In this document: piece by piece, positions 9,013 to 17,768 of the stretch
How positions within the stretch are numbered: position 1 is the stretch's first letter
How the letters are laid out: the number at the start of each line of letters is the position of its first letter
Origin: a bacterium
GTDB taxonomy: Bacteria > Zixibacteria > MSB-5A5 > GN15 > FEB-12
Length of the DNA: 64,000 nt
Direction of reading: 5' to 3'
NCBI GenBank assembly: GCA_029211095.1
Contig: JARGFS010000001.1
Span: 851 to 64,850, forward strand
Made by a program: the position numbers and the translations under genes
The notes under the pieces: generated by a model
The model's input: the letters and a program-made list of their open reading frames with translations, nothing else
The model's database searches: none
Told to the model about the DNA's origin: nothing

Positions 9013-10362
9013 ATGAAAAACTCTGTGCTATTTGTCGCCCTGTTGATAGCAACTTCGATTTCTGCCGAAGAAATCTCGGTCACTGTCTATAATTCCGATC
9101 TGGGCGTAATTACTGAGTCCCGAAAGTTGGAGTTTGAGAAGGGAATCAACCAGGTCCCGTTCACCGATGTCCCTTCCCGGATTGACCCTAACTCGGTACG
9201 ATTCAAATTAGTCGGTCCGGACCAGATTAGTATCCTGGAACAAAACTACGTCTATGATCTGGTGCATCCAAACAAAATGTACCAGAAGTACCTGGACAAA
9301 GAGATAGAACTCTTTGACATGGATGGCAAACTATACACCGGCACTCTTCTGGCCAGTTCTCAAGCCGGAAATGGCACCGTTACGCTGCAGGAGAAATCCG
9401 GACGGGTAAAAATTATCCTTATGCAAAACATTGCTGAAGTAAGCTTTCCCTCACTTCCCGAAGGACTAATCACACGCCCGACCCTGTTCTGGAAATACAG
9501 CTCTCCCGTTTCCGGGGCCAGGGATTGTGAAGTCAGCTATCAGACAACCGGCCTCAATTGGTCGGCGGAGTATGTCGGGATTCTGGATCAGTCAGAGACG
9601 AGTCTTGACCTGTCCGGGTGGGCTGCTATCTCCAACAACTCCGGCAAAAGATACAATGATGCCGTCCTAAAACTCGTGGCTGGTGACATCAATCGCGCCC
9701 AACAGCCACGCGGTCGGCAGCCAATGAAAATGTACGCAGCCGATGCCGCCATGGAATCCGGCTTTCAGGAGAAGGAGTTCTTTGAGTACCACCTCTATAC
9801 TCTTCCAAGAGCGGCAACACTGGCGGATCAGGAGATAAAGCAGATCTCGCTCTTTGATCCGGCCACATCCGCCGTTTCCAAGAAATTTATCTACCGCCCG
9901 GACAATAATGCTGATCAAGTAGAAGTTGGCCTCAGTTTCACAAATTCAACTAAATCAGGACTGGGCAAACCGCTGCCAGCCGGACGGGTAAGGATTTTTC
10001 AAAGTGATAGTGACGGTTCCTTGATTCTTTTGGGCGAAGACAACATTTCACATACCCCAAAGGATGAAGAAGTTGACTTGAAAGTCGGCTACGCTTTTGA
10101 CATCAGTGCCGAGCATAAGTTGCTCAAACAGACGCGGGTGTCGGCGCAGATCGAAGATTACGATTATGAGATTGAGCTACGCAACCACAAGAAAGAGAAC
10201 GTGGTGGTGGCGGTGGAAAAACAGCTATACGGAAGCTGGGAAATTTCCGGCTCCAATTTCGAATATGAGCGGAAAAACGCTAATTTAGTCCGTTTTGATA
10301 TCCCGGTGCCGGCAGATGGAGTGGCCGTATTGCAATTTAAGGTACGTGTTACCCGTCCATAG
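9013..10362 (+). CDS. secreted DUF4139-like protein
   Basis: Signal peptide MKNSVLFVALLIATSISA. The mature N-terminus VTVYNSDLGVITESRKLEFEKGINQVPFTDVPSRIDPNSVRF matches the DUF4139 / mucoidy-inhibitor-A-like family as I recall it. A GGAGG RBS precedes the ATG. Confidence 0.6.
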   Translation: MKNSVLFVALLIATSISAEEISVTVYNSDLGVITESRKLEFEKGINQVPFTDVPSRIDPNSVRFKLVGPDQISILEQNYVYDLVHPNKMYQKYLDKEIELFDMDGKLYTGTLLASSQAGNGTVTLQEKSGRVKIILMQNIAEVSFPSLPEGLITRPTLFWKYSSPVSGARDCEVSYQTTGLNWSAEYVGILDQSETSLDLSGWAAISNNSGKRYNDAVLKLVAGDINRAQQPRGRQPMKMYAADAAMESGFQEKEFFEYHLYTLPRAATLADQEIKQISLFDPATSAVSKKFIYRPDNNADQVEVGLSFTNSTKSGLGKPLPAGRVRIFQSDSDGSLILLGEDNISHTPKDEEVDLKVGYAFDISAEHKLLKQTRVSAQIEDYDYEIELRNHKKENVVVAVEKQLYGSWEISGSNFEYERKNANLVRFDIPVPADGVAVLQFKVRVTRP

Positions 10363-10373
10363 AGGGAACAAGG

Positions 10374-10402
10374 TTGACAAGAGGAAAACGTAAGCTTAAA
10401 TT
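10374..10402 (+). promoter_or_regulatory. sigma70-like promoter (TTGACA-17-TAAATT)
   Basis: Perfect -35 TTGACA at 10374-10379, 17-nt spacer, TAAATT at 10397-10402. It lies 46 nt upstream of the ATG at 10448. Confidence 0.4.
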
Positions 10403-10447
10403 CGGTGCATTAAATCTGGTTAGAAAACAGACCGAAGGGAGTCTCTT

Positions 10448-11827
10448 ATGAGATTGATTGGGAAATACATACTTCTGGTAATACTTGCACTTTCTTTTTC
10501 GGCTCTCAGTGCAGAGGCCGCAAAGAGGCCGAGAAAACTCCCGGCCAGTGCCTACATCAAATCGGCCAAAATTGAAATCCTCTCCGGTGATAAAGAGCGT
10601 TATCTGGTTGCCGTTGCCATGCTTGACTCTCTGTTCATGCATTACGGCCCCCATGCCGAGGGTCTGAACCTGATGGCCGCCACCTATATCGATTTCACTG
10701 ATAAGACACCCGATCCCTGGGGGAAAAAGCCTTACGCTGAGAAAATTGTAGCCTACTTTGACTCGCTGCGGATCTGCTGCGCATCCAAAAAAGTGAAGAG
10801 CAATTACAAAAAAGACTGCAAGAAACTGGTTGAGAAGTCGGATTCCACCAGGGTGAAATACTGGCGTGAATTCTATAATGCCGGTATTGAACAGCTGAAC
10901 TATATGGGGGATGTAGCCAAAGACTTGAAGGAAATCAAGGACTCAGCCTCGCGCGAGTTCTCTCTCAATGTGATCCAGACCAATATCGACTCCTGTATTG
11001 CCAATATGGAACTGGCTATTCTCTTTGACTCGACTGACTTCCAGACTTATATCGCGGCCGGATCGGCTTATGAGCACAAGGAAAACTGGACCCAAGCTAT
11101 CTTCTGGTTCTCCAAGGGACTGGAAGCCGCACCGGACTCAACCCGCGATCAGCTCCTGCCCTACATTGCTTATGATTACATTCGTCTCGATGAATACTGT
11201 GAAGCGATTCCTTATTTCAAAGAAATGGTTGAACGTAACCCTGAGGACTCCAAAACAATGGGGCATTTGGCCTCCTGCTACAATAATTGCGAGTTCTTTG
11301 ACTCGGCGGCCGTTGTCTACCGCAAAATACTGGCTAACGATCCGGAAAACGGTGACGTGCTAACCAATATCGGTCGCTATTTCAACCAGATAGCCCGAAC
11401 GGCTTCGGACTCTTCCAATTTCTACCGCGATGCCAAGAATGAAGAGAAGGCTAATTTCTGGCGGGATGAGCAGATGAAAGCTTTTGACTCATCTTCGGCC
11501 TACTTTAAGCAGGTCTTTGATCTCATGCCGGATAATCCTTCGGCTGCCGAAGAATACGGATTGGTGAGTGCAATCCGCTCTGACTATGAAAACGCCGCCA
11601 TCGCCTATTCACGCCTGACAACTATGGAGCCGGACAATTCCGGCCACTGGACTTATCTGGGTGACTGTTACCTGAACCTTCAGAGATTCCCCGAAGCGGT
11701 TGAAGCGTACGAGCATGTGGTGGCCATTGATGACTCTGACCGGAAGACCTGGCTCCGGCTGTACGATCTGTACCGGGAGCTGGGGCAAACGGCCAAAGCT
11801 GCCGAAGCCAAAAAGAAGTCCGAATAG
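10448..11827 (+). CDS. secreted TPR-repeat protein
   Basis: Signal peptide (LLVILALSFSALSAEA) and multiple TPR-like A..Y/W...G...A repeats. GAAGGGAG RBS. Confidence 0.65.
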   Translation: MRLIGKYILLVILALSFSALSAEAAKRPRKLPASAYIKSAKIEILSGDKERYLVAVAMLDSLFMHYGPHAEGLNLMAATYIDFTDKTPDPWGKKPYAEKIVAYFDSLRICCASKKVKSNYKKDCKKLVEKSDSTRVKYWREFYNAGIEQLNYMGDVAKDLKEIKDSASREFSLNVIQTNIDSCIANMELAILFDSTDFQTYIAAGSAYEHKENWTQAIFWFSKGLEAAPDSTRDQLLPYIAYDYIRLDEYCEAIPYFKEMVERNPEDSKTMGHLASCYNNCEFFDSAAVVYRKILANDPENGDVLTNIGRYFNQIARTASDSSNFYRDAKNEEKANFWRDEQMKAFDSSSAYFKQVFDLMPDNPSAAEEYGLVSAIRSDYENAAIAYSRLTTMEPDNSGHWTYLGDCYLNLQRFPEAVEAYEHVVAIDDSDRKTWLRLYDLYRELGQTAKAAEAKKKSE

Positions 11828-11863
11828 AACAAAAATAGAATATTCGGAGCAGATTTATTGAGA

Positions 11864-11900
11864 ACGGCAGGTAAACAACCTGCCGTTTTCTTTTTCTTTT
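11864..11900 (+). terminator. rho-independent terminator
   Basis: acggcagg taaacaa cctgccgt followed by ttttctttttctttt. Confidence 0.75.
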
Positions 11901-11914
11901 GATATATTCCCATC

Positions 11915-14329
11915 ATGCCAGAACAGAAACAGTCTGCCGAAATTGCTGTCCCCGGTCCGGTCCGAAGAACATTCAGCTACAGTATCCCCTCGGGCAATGA
12001 ATCTCTACAGCCCGGCTGCCGGATCATTGTGCCATTTGGCAATCGGAAGCTGGTCGGTTTTTTCATCCGCTTGGCACCTCCCCCGTCCGACATCAAGCTG
12101 AAAAACATCAGCCAGATTCTCGATCAGACCTCGTTGTTCAACAAAGAGCTTTTCGATTTTCTGCTCTGGATGTCAGACTACTATTTCGCCAATCCGTATG
12201 ACTGTCTGGCGGCGGCTCTTCCCCCATTGCTTAAGAAAGCAATGACCCCGGAGTATAGTTGGTCCGGCAATGCCTATCGACTGGTTGAACAGAAGTTCAA
12301 GCGTCTTCCCCGCGATATTGGCGCTCTGGTTCGCCCCGGTCAAAAACTCTCAACGTCCGATCTAAAACTACTCCGCACTTCGGGCGCTTCCCTGTTCCGA
12401 CGGATAGTCAGTTCCGGTCTACTTCAACTCAACTGGCCGGAACCAAATTGGGGCAGCAAACAAAAGCTGGTGGGGTATCGCGCGACAACAGACTCGGACT
12501 GGGATGACTTTTTTGCGCGACGCCGGAACTGCTTGCCTATTTTTGACGGGTTGAAAAGACGATCTGAACTGATTGAAGCTGGCTGGGGGGATCACACCAT
12601 TCGCGAAGCCTGCAAGGCGGGGCTGTTGACGGATGAATATTCGGATTCACCCGCCACCCTGTTGCAGTTCATCGAAGCTAAAGAAGCGGTCAAGGAACTT
12701 GAACTCAATCAAGAACAGAGTGCGGCCTTTAATAAGATTCGGAACGGACTGGATGATGGTTTTGGAACAACCCTTCTTCATGGCGTCACCGGGTCCGGGA
12801 AGACATTAGTCTACTGCCATCTTTGTCGTGAAATTATCAAGCGGGATCGGACTGCCCTGGTCTTAACGCCGGAGATCGCCCTGACCGGCAGCATGCTCTC
12901 TTACTTCCGCTCTTTCTTTGGGGATGAAGTTGCGGTGATTCACTCTTCGATGACTGACCGAGAGAGATATGAGAGCTGGAAAGGGATTAGCGAGGGACGC
13001 TATCGCGTAGCCATCGGCCCCCGCTCGGCCCTCTTTGCCCCGATCCAGAAACCGGGGATTATTATTGTCGATGAAGAACATGATGGCTCTTATAAGCAGG
13101 ATGATCCTTCGCCGAGATTCCATGGCCGGGACGCCGCCATTATGCGAGCGAAACTGGCCAATATCCCTATCCTGCTCGGCTCTGCCTCCCCCTCGTTTGA
13201 GTCATATCATAACAGTCGTGAGGGGCGCTACCAGCTGATCTCAATCAGGAATCGACCGAGCGGTGCAAAACTCCCGGCCGTCAACCTTGTCGATATGCGC
13301 CGTGATCGACTTGGGGGGGACCTCTCATACTTTTCCCACCAGCTTAAACAGGCAACAGACAAGCGCAACCAGCAGAACGAGCAGGTGATCCTCTTTCTGA
13401 ATCGACGCGGCTTTGCTCCTTCTATCCAATGCGGAGAATGCGGCCATGTTCCTTCCTGCCCGCAATGCCAGGTGACCCTGACTTTCCATAAGGTCGGGAA
13501 AAGACTGAGTTGCCACTACTGCGGCCATGTTGATCGATCATACGACCGGTGCGAGAAGTGCCTCAAGACGTATCTGATTTTCAGAGGAGTTGGGACCCAG
13601 AAAGTCGAAGAGAACCTTCCGCGACTATTCAAAGATATCTCTGTTCTGCGCATGGATTCCGATGTTGTCTTTGGTCGGCGCAAAGCGTACGATATCCTTC
13701 AGTCATTCGCCAGCAAAGAGGCTACCATTCTGCTTGGCACCCAGATGGTAACCAAGGGGCTTGATCTCCCCGAAGTCACACTGGTCGGTGTCCTCTCCGG
13801 GGACGCTGGACTCGATCTGCCGGACTTTCGTTCCAAAGAGAAAGCGTTTGCCCGGCTGCTCCAGGTGTCGGGGCGATGCGGCCGGGCCGACAAGCCGGGT
13901 GAGGTTCTGATTCAGACTTTCAATCCGGAAGATGAACTCATTACCGATGCCGCTCGACAGGACTACGACACCTTCTTTGATCGCGAGATAGAGAATCGTC
14001 GCGCCCTCAGCTACCCCCCCTTTTCACGGATTGTCAATTTTATCCTCTCGTCTGAAAACGAAGAAGCGCTTGCGACAGCCATGCGCAAATTCCATCAGGA
14101 CTTGCTGCATCAGATAGAGATAGCCAAAGTCTCAGTTACTCTTTTGGGTCCGGCTGAGTGCCCGCTGTATTATCTTCGCAAACAGTTCAGACGCCACCTT
14201 TTTGTAAAGACGAAACAGCCAACCAAGCTTACCCGCATGCTGACCAAGTGGGAAACGGCACAACCGAGATTTGGACTGCCAGCTTCGATAAAGATTGTCA
14301 TTGATGTCGACCCCGACTCCATGATGTAA
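11915..14329 (+). CDS. priA: primosomal protein N' (replication restart helicase PriA)
   Basis: Walker A GVTGSGKT, DEEHD box and the Cys-rich zinc insert CGECGHVPSCPQCQVTLTFH...LSCHYCGH. 804 aa. Confidence 0.92.
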   Translation: MPEQKQSAEIAVPGPVRRTFSYSIPSGNESLQPGCRIIVPFGNRKLVGFFIRLAPPPSDIKLKNISQILDQTSLFNKELFDFLLWMSDYYFANPYDCLAAALPPLLKKAMTPEYSWSGNAYRLVEQKFKRLPRDIGALVRPGQKLSTSDLKLLRTSGASLFRRIVSSGLLQLNWPEPNWGSKQKLVGYRATTDSDWDDFFARRRNCLPIFDGLKRRSELIEAGWGDHTIREACKAGLLTDEYSDSPATLLQFIEAKEAVKELELNQEQSAAFNKIRNGLDDGFGTTLLHGVTGSGKTLVYCHLCREIIKRDRTALVLTPEIALTGSMLSYFRSFFGDEVAVIHSSMTDRERYESWKGISEGRYRVAIGPRSALFAPIQKPGIIIVDEEHDGSYKQDDPSPRFHGRDAAIMRAKLANIPILLGSASPSFESYHNSREGRYQLISIRNRPSGAKLPAVNLVDMRRDRLGGDLSYFSHQLKQATDKRNQQNEQVILFLNRRGFAPSIQCGECGHVPSCPQCQVTLTFHKVGKRLSCHYCGHVDRSYDRCEKCLKTYLIFRGVGTQKVEENLPRLFKDISVLRMDSDVVFGRRKAYDILQSFASKEATILLGTQMVTKGLDLPEVTLVGVLSGDAGLDLPDFRSKEKAFARLLQVSGRCGRADKPGEVLIQTFNPEDELITDAARQDYDTFFDREIENRRALSYPPFSRIVNFILSSENEEALATAMRKFHQDLLHQIEIAKVSVTLLGPAECPLYYLRKQFRRHLFVKTKQPTKLTRMLTKWETAQPRFGLPASIKIVIDVDPDSMM

Positions 14330-14338
14330 GTGGCATAG

Positions 14339-14418
14339 CCACGTTATGGCTTGGCCACGTTATAGCTTGGCCACGTTGTAACTTGGCTACGTTGTGACTT
14401 GGCCACATTGTGGCATGG
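14339..14418. repeat. five tandem 16-bp units (CCACGTTRTRRCTTGG-like)
   Basis: ccacgttatggcttgg / ccacgttatagcttgg / ccacgttgtaacttgg / ctacgttgtgacttgg / ccacattgtggcatgg. Degenerate partial units flank the array and reach the priA stop codon. Confidence 0.85.
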
Positions 14419-14429
14419 TCACCTCTCTC

Positions 14430-14914
14430 CGAATCAGTCGCCCACCGCTTGCGGTGGGTACTTATTGAACGGCAGCCGATTTTTCTGGCTCCCACGGCAA
14501 GCCGTGGGCGACCATAAATACAAGTGGTGGGCCATCCATCCCAGAACTTGCGAAGCATAAAGCCTGCTATGCAGGTGTCGGGTCCGGATGTGTAATCCCC
14601 ACTCCGAACCCGACATTTCTACCACCCCGCCTCTGAATGTATAAGAGGCCGGAACTGCTGCGCCACTGCTTCGATACGAGTTGCACTATCCCGTATCGAG
14701 AGATGAGATGCAACAATCCAGCCACCTGCCAGTGTTTATTGCAAAGCGTGTGCCAATGGCCTTCGCTGTTCCTGGTTTGTTGTAACTGATTGGGCGGCAT
14801 TGGTAAGGAACATGAGTTGAATGTTATGTGGAAGTTCAGGCCAGGCGCATACGACGCATAACTCGTATGAACAGACGAGGTTGGTGATTACAAACCGATT
14901 GAAGGAACCGTAGA
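14430..14914. other. hairpin-dense non-coding block (no credible ORF)
   Basis: Besides the pair above: 14577-14614 (12-bp stem with 1 mismatch), 14671-14699 (tcgatacg/cgtatcga) and 14848-14869 (catacga/tcgtatg). The only ORFs here are repeat-derived low-complexity ones. Confidence 0.5.
14437..14512. repeat. inverted pair of GC-rich palindromes GTCGCCCAC(C/G)GCTTGC(G/C)GTGGG
   Basis: 14437-14458 gtcgcccaccgcttgcggtggg on the plus strand. 14491-14512 is the reverse complement of gtcgcccacggcttgccgtggg. Confidence 0.7.
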
Positions 14915-16957
14915 CTAGCGAATTCTTGAGCTGAGCTGACTAGCAATTGTAGAATCGAGCCCAGAGGCAATTGCTCGATTTAGTGAAATCCTGGCTGAGT
15001 TGTACAGGCCACCCTGAATGAATATCTGTGTTACATCGACTAGATTCTGAAGGGAAGCCCTAGGGTGTGAAGACAATACTGCAGCGAATACCAGTTTTTC
15101 CTCACGATTTTGGAGAGCCTCGTATATTTGTATCAGCCAAACAATTGGCATTGTGAATTCTGGATCAAGACGATGCGCAATTAGAGCATTTTTCTCTGCA
15201 CGTTTCGCCTGGCCGGATTTCAACGCAGCCACAGCCAAATGCGCGTGAAATGAAGCGTTGTGACGATTTAGACGAACGAGTGTGTCCAGGAGCTCTGCCG
15301 CCTGTGGAAACCTACCGAGATCCATAAGACACAGTCCCTTGTTGAACAGTGCTTCGACAACTTTCGGATTCATTTTGAAAGCTCGCTCAAAATATGGGAT
15401 TGCTTCCTCATATTTCCCATCGTAGAATAACGTTAATCCAGCGCGATTGACTTCTCTCTCCGGATAATTCTGATCAAAGAACCGTGTTAGTTCATTGAAG
15501 TTATTGTCATCCCCCTGGCTCTTGCAATAATCTTTAGCGATTCCAATGTAGTGCATACTCTTCTTGACATCCAGATCAAAGTAGTTCTGCACCTGTGCGA
15601 CAGCCGCCTCGGGAACTACCTGACAATATACCCGCGGAATCATTGTGAGCACTCCCAAGGCAATCATCATGCCAACTATCCGACGTCCCGTACTAGACGA
15701 CTCATTGAACTTCAGAACAAAGTAGAGTACTGCGATTGACAGGGGCAGTCCTGCGAAGCTGAGCAAATCCCAGTCGCGAGGCATGCCGAGGTGTGGTTCA
15801 AGGAGGAAAGCCGAAATTAGTGTCGAAGTCGACAACACCATGAGAAATGTTCGGACACCTTGCTCAGCAGAGGCCTTTCGAGACAATCCGCTAACGACAA
15901 CGGTCACAAGCGGCAGCCCAGGAACCAAGATTAGGATTAGATTGAGAAAATCAAGAAGATGGGCGATAGAAAATAACGTGTATCCGTCAATCGTAAAACA
16001 ATCTTCAAAAATCGGAACAATGGCAAATCTGAGAATCAGGAATTCCCTTGTAAGGTAAAAATACAAGAGGATCAATCCTGCCGTCAGAGTCATAGAGCCT
16101 ATGATCAGTGTCCTCCGGCCGATTCGATTTATGCTCTCAACAACTCGCGTATGTCTCAGAAATAGAATTAGGGCTGCTGGCAATAGTATTAGCCCAAAGA
16201 TATGGAGTGTTGTCGCAACTATCGTGCTTATCAAAGGCCATGCTGAAGAAATACTCCCTTTAGCAGCTTTTACACCAAGGAAAGTGAATAGCAAGATCGA
16301 AGGAACAAAGATCGAATAATATTCCACATATCCAAAAAACAGAAGCATGTAACCGCCCGAGACAAACGCAGTGAAGAACATAAATTGACTGCGCGCATTT
16401 CGAAACAACGTGATTGAAGTTGTTAACGACAAGATAAGAAAGGCCACTCCACTGACTCCTGAGACAACAATGAATGTCAATCTGGCAGGGTCCTCAAATC
16501 TGTCGCTCAACACAGAATATACCCAGCGATGAATAGCCACCTCACCATAGCTATGAATTTTGAGTGTCTGATTGTTGGCACCAATTCTGCTCAAAGTCTC
16601 ATACCCGTCACCAAGAAAATGCGTGTTGGCACTGAAGACAAAGAAGCCCGTTGTGAATATCAGCAAGATTGGCAAAGCGATTACAATAATTCTGCGTAAG
16701 GAAGCCGGACCGTCAGTATTCTCCACAAAGCCCGAATTTGCTGATTGCTGTCGAGTGAAGTAAACTATCACCGGCGGGGAAATGAAACCAAGGGTAAGAA
16801 GCGTCCAAGCCAGAGAATCAGGAATGTACCGCCACATATCTAACGACCAGAGTCTCGTGGGAGGAAATTCTGGAAGGAAGAAATACACGGCCAGAATCAA
16901 GTAATAAATAACTACGGAGAAACTATCCCTTGACAAAGTCTTGATCCTACGGAACAA
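14915..16957 (-). CDS. polytopic membrane protein with C-terminal TPR domain (function unknown; AT-richer than neighbours)
   Basis: 680 aa. About 12 or more TM helices are followed by clear TPR repeats (YDGKYEEAIPYFERAFKMNPKVVEALFNKGLCLMDLGRFPQAAELL...). The TTG start is uncertain. Hand counts of three 60-nt lines gave 43-47% GC versus 55% in an acnA line. Confidence 0.5.
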   Translation of the reverse strand: MFRRIKTLSRDSFSVVIYYLILAVYFFLPEFPPTRLWSLDMWRYIPDSLAWTLLTLGFISPPVIVYFTRQQSANSGFVENTDGPASLRRIIVIALPILLIFTTGFFVFSANTHFLGDGYETLSRIGANNQTLKIHSYGEVAIHRWVYSVLSDRFEDPARLTFIVVSGVSGVAFLILSLTTSITLFRNARSQFMFFTAFVSGGYMLLFFGYVEYYSIFVPSILLFTFLGVKAAKGSISSAWPLISTIVATTLHIFGLILLPAALILFLRHTRVVESINRIGRRTLIIGSMTLTAGLILLYFYLTREFLILRFAIVPIFEDCFTIDGYTLFSIAHLLDFLNLILILVPGLPLVTVVVSGLSRKASAEQGVRTFLMVLSTSTLISAFLLEPHLGMPRDWDLLSFAGLPLSIAVLYFVLKFNESSSTGRRIVGMMIALGVLTMIPRVYCQVVPEAAVAQVQNYFDLDVKKSMHYIGIAKDYCKSQGDDNNFNELTRFFDQNYPEREVNRAGLTLFYDGKYEEAIPYFERAFKMNPKVVEALFNKGLCLMDLGRFPQAAELLDTLVRLNRHNASFHAHLAVAALKSGQAKRAEKNALIAHRLDPEFTMPIVWLIQIYEALQNREEKLVFAAVLSSHPRASLQNLVDVTQIFIQGGLYNSARISLNRAIASGLDSTIASQLSSRIR

Positions 16958-16960
16958 GGA

Positions 16961-16989
16961 AAGAGGCCTTCTAATACTGGCGGCCTCTT
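16961..16989 (-). terminator. probable terminator of the rplY operon
   Basis: 8-bp stem aagaggcc/ggcctctt with a 13-nt loop. On the minus strand it is followed by TTCCTTGTTCC. It lies 42 nt downstream of the rplY stop and 4 nt upstream of the annotated start of the next gene. Confidence 0.4.
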
Positions 16990-17031
16990 AATTAAGAATC
17001 CTATCTACAAACTGAAGAAGCAGCTTCGCTA

Positions 17032-17730
17032 CTATTCTTTCTTCTTGTCATCAGCAGGAGCGGCACCTTCGGCAGGAGCAGCACTTTCAGCGCCCTCAGC
17101 ACTTTCAGCACCTTCAGCACCTTCAACTCCTTCAACGCCCTCTTCGCCTTCGGCCGCTTCATCAGTTGACTTGATGACGGTCGGAGCGGCAATAACAACA
17201 ATCGTGCGATCCTTTTCGGAGAGAATCGTTGCGTTGGGGATATCAATATCTTTAACGTGAACCGACTCACCAATGTTAAGTTCGGATACGTCAATGACAA
17301 TATTGTCCGGTAATTCAGACGGGAGGCAGGAGATTTCAATAGTTCTCATATTGGTCTGCATAATTCCGCCATCAGTTGTTACCCCTACCGGAATGCCCTC
17401 AAACTTGATGGGAACCGAGATATTCATCGGCTTAGTCAATGAAATGGCATGAAAATCTATATGCAGCACATGGCTGCTGATTGGGTCGCGCTGCAGGTCA
17501 CGAATAATAGCCTTACGAGCGTTGCCACCAACACTGACATTAAAGATGGCATTAGTTCCGGCAACGGCTTTCATCGCGACACCAAACTCCCGGCGGTTGA
17601 CAACCAGTGACTGCGGCTCAATTTCCGGACCGTACATAACCGCCGGAATATTACCTGCCGCTCGTGTCTTGCGCGCGACTCCTTTGCCGGTACCTACTTT
17701 TGGCTCGGCGACCAACGTTACTTCTTTCAT
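17032..17730 (-). CDS. rplY: 50S ribosomal protein L25 / general stress protein Ctc, with acidic low-complexity tail
   Basis: N-terminus ...GTGKGVARKTRAAGNIPAVMYG... is typical of L25/Ctc. The C-terminal tail reads EGEEGVEGVEGAEGAESAEGAES. Confidence 0.9.
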   Translation of the reverse strand: MKEVTLVAEPKVGTGKGVARKTRAAGNIPAVMYGPEIEPQSLVVNRREFGVAMKAVAGTNAIFNVSVGGNARKAIIRDLQRDPISSHVLHIDFHAISLTKPMNISVPIKFEGIPVGVTTDGGIMQTNMRTIEISCLPSELPDNIVIDVSELNIGESVHVKDIDIPNATILSEKDRTIVVIAAPTVIKSTDEAAEGEEGVEGVEGAEGAESAEGAESAAPAEGAAPADDKKKE

Positions 17731-17768
17731 GGTTCCTTAAAAACCTCCAAACATATTGTTATATATAC

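Noticed and set aside
14339-14418. 16-bp iterons as DnaA boxes/oriC or as a sigma54 promoter
   Set aside because: The best unit, TTGGCCACA, deviates from TTWTNCACA at two core positions. There is no AT-rich unwinding element and no dnaA or dnaN nearby. The units do not fit TGGCAC-N5-TTGC spacing.
14298-14800. ORFs spanning the post-priA repeats (14298-14558, 14434-14625, 14567-14800), and likewise 24170-24603 upstream of gcvT
   Set aside because: Their sequences are dictated by tandem and palindromic repeats (for example WPSHNVA x2 and VPHLW x3). No RBS, and they overlap each other.
17001-17339. ORFs 17001-17339 (-) and 17045-17260 (+) with KVLKVL / SAPSAPS repeats
   Set aside because: They are alternative-frame readings of the short tandem GCACCTTCA-like repeats encoding the acidic EG/AE tail of L25. 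The L25 frame is the one with family similarity.
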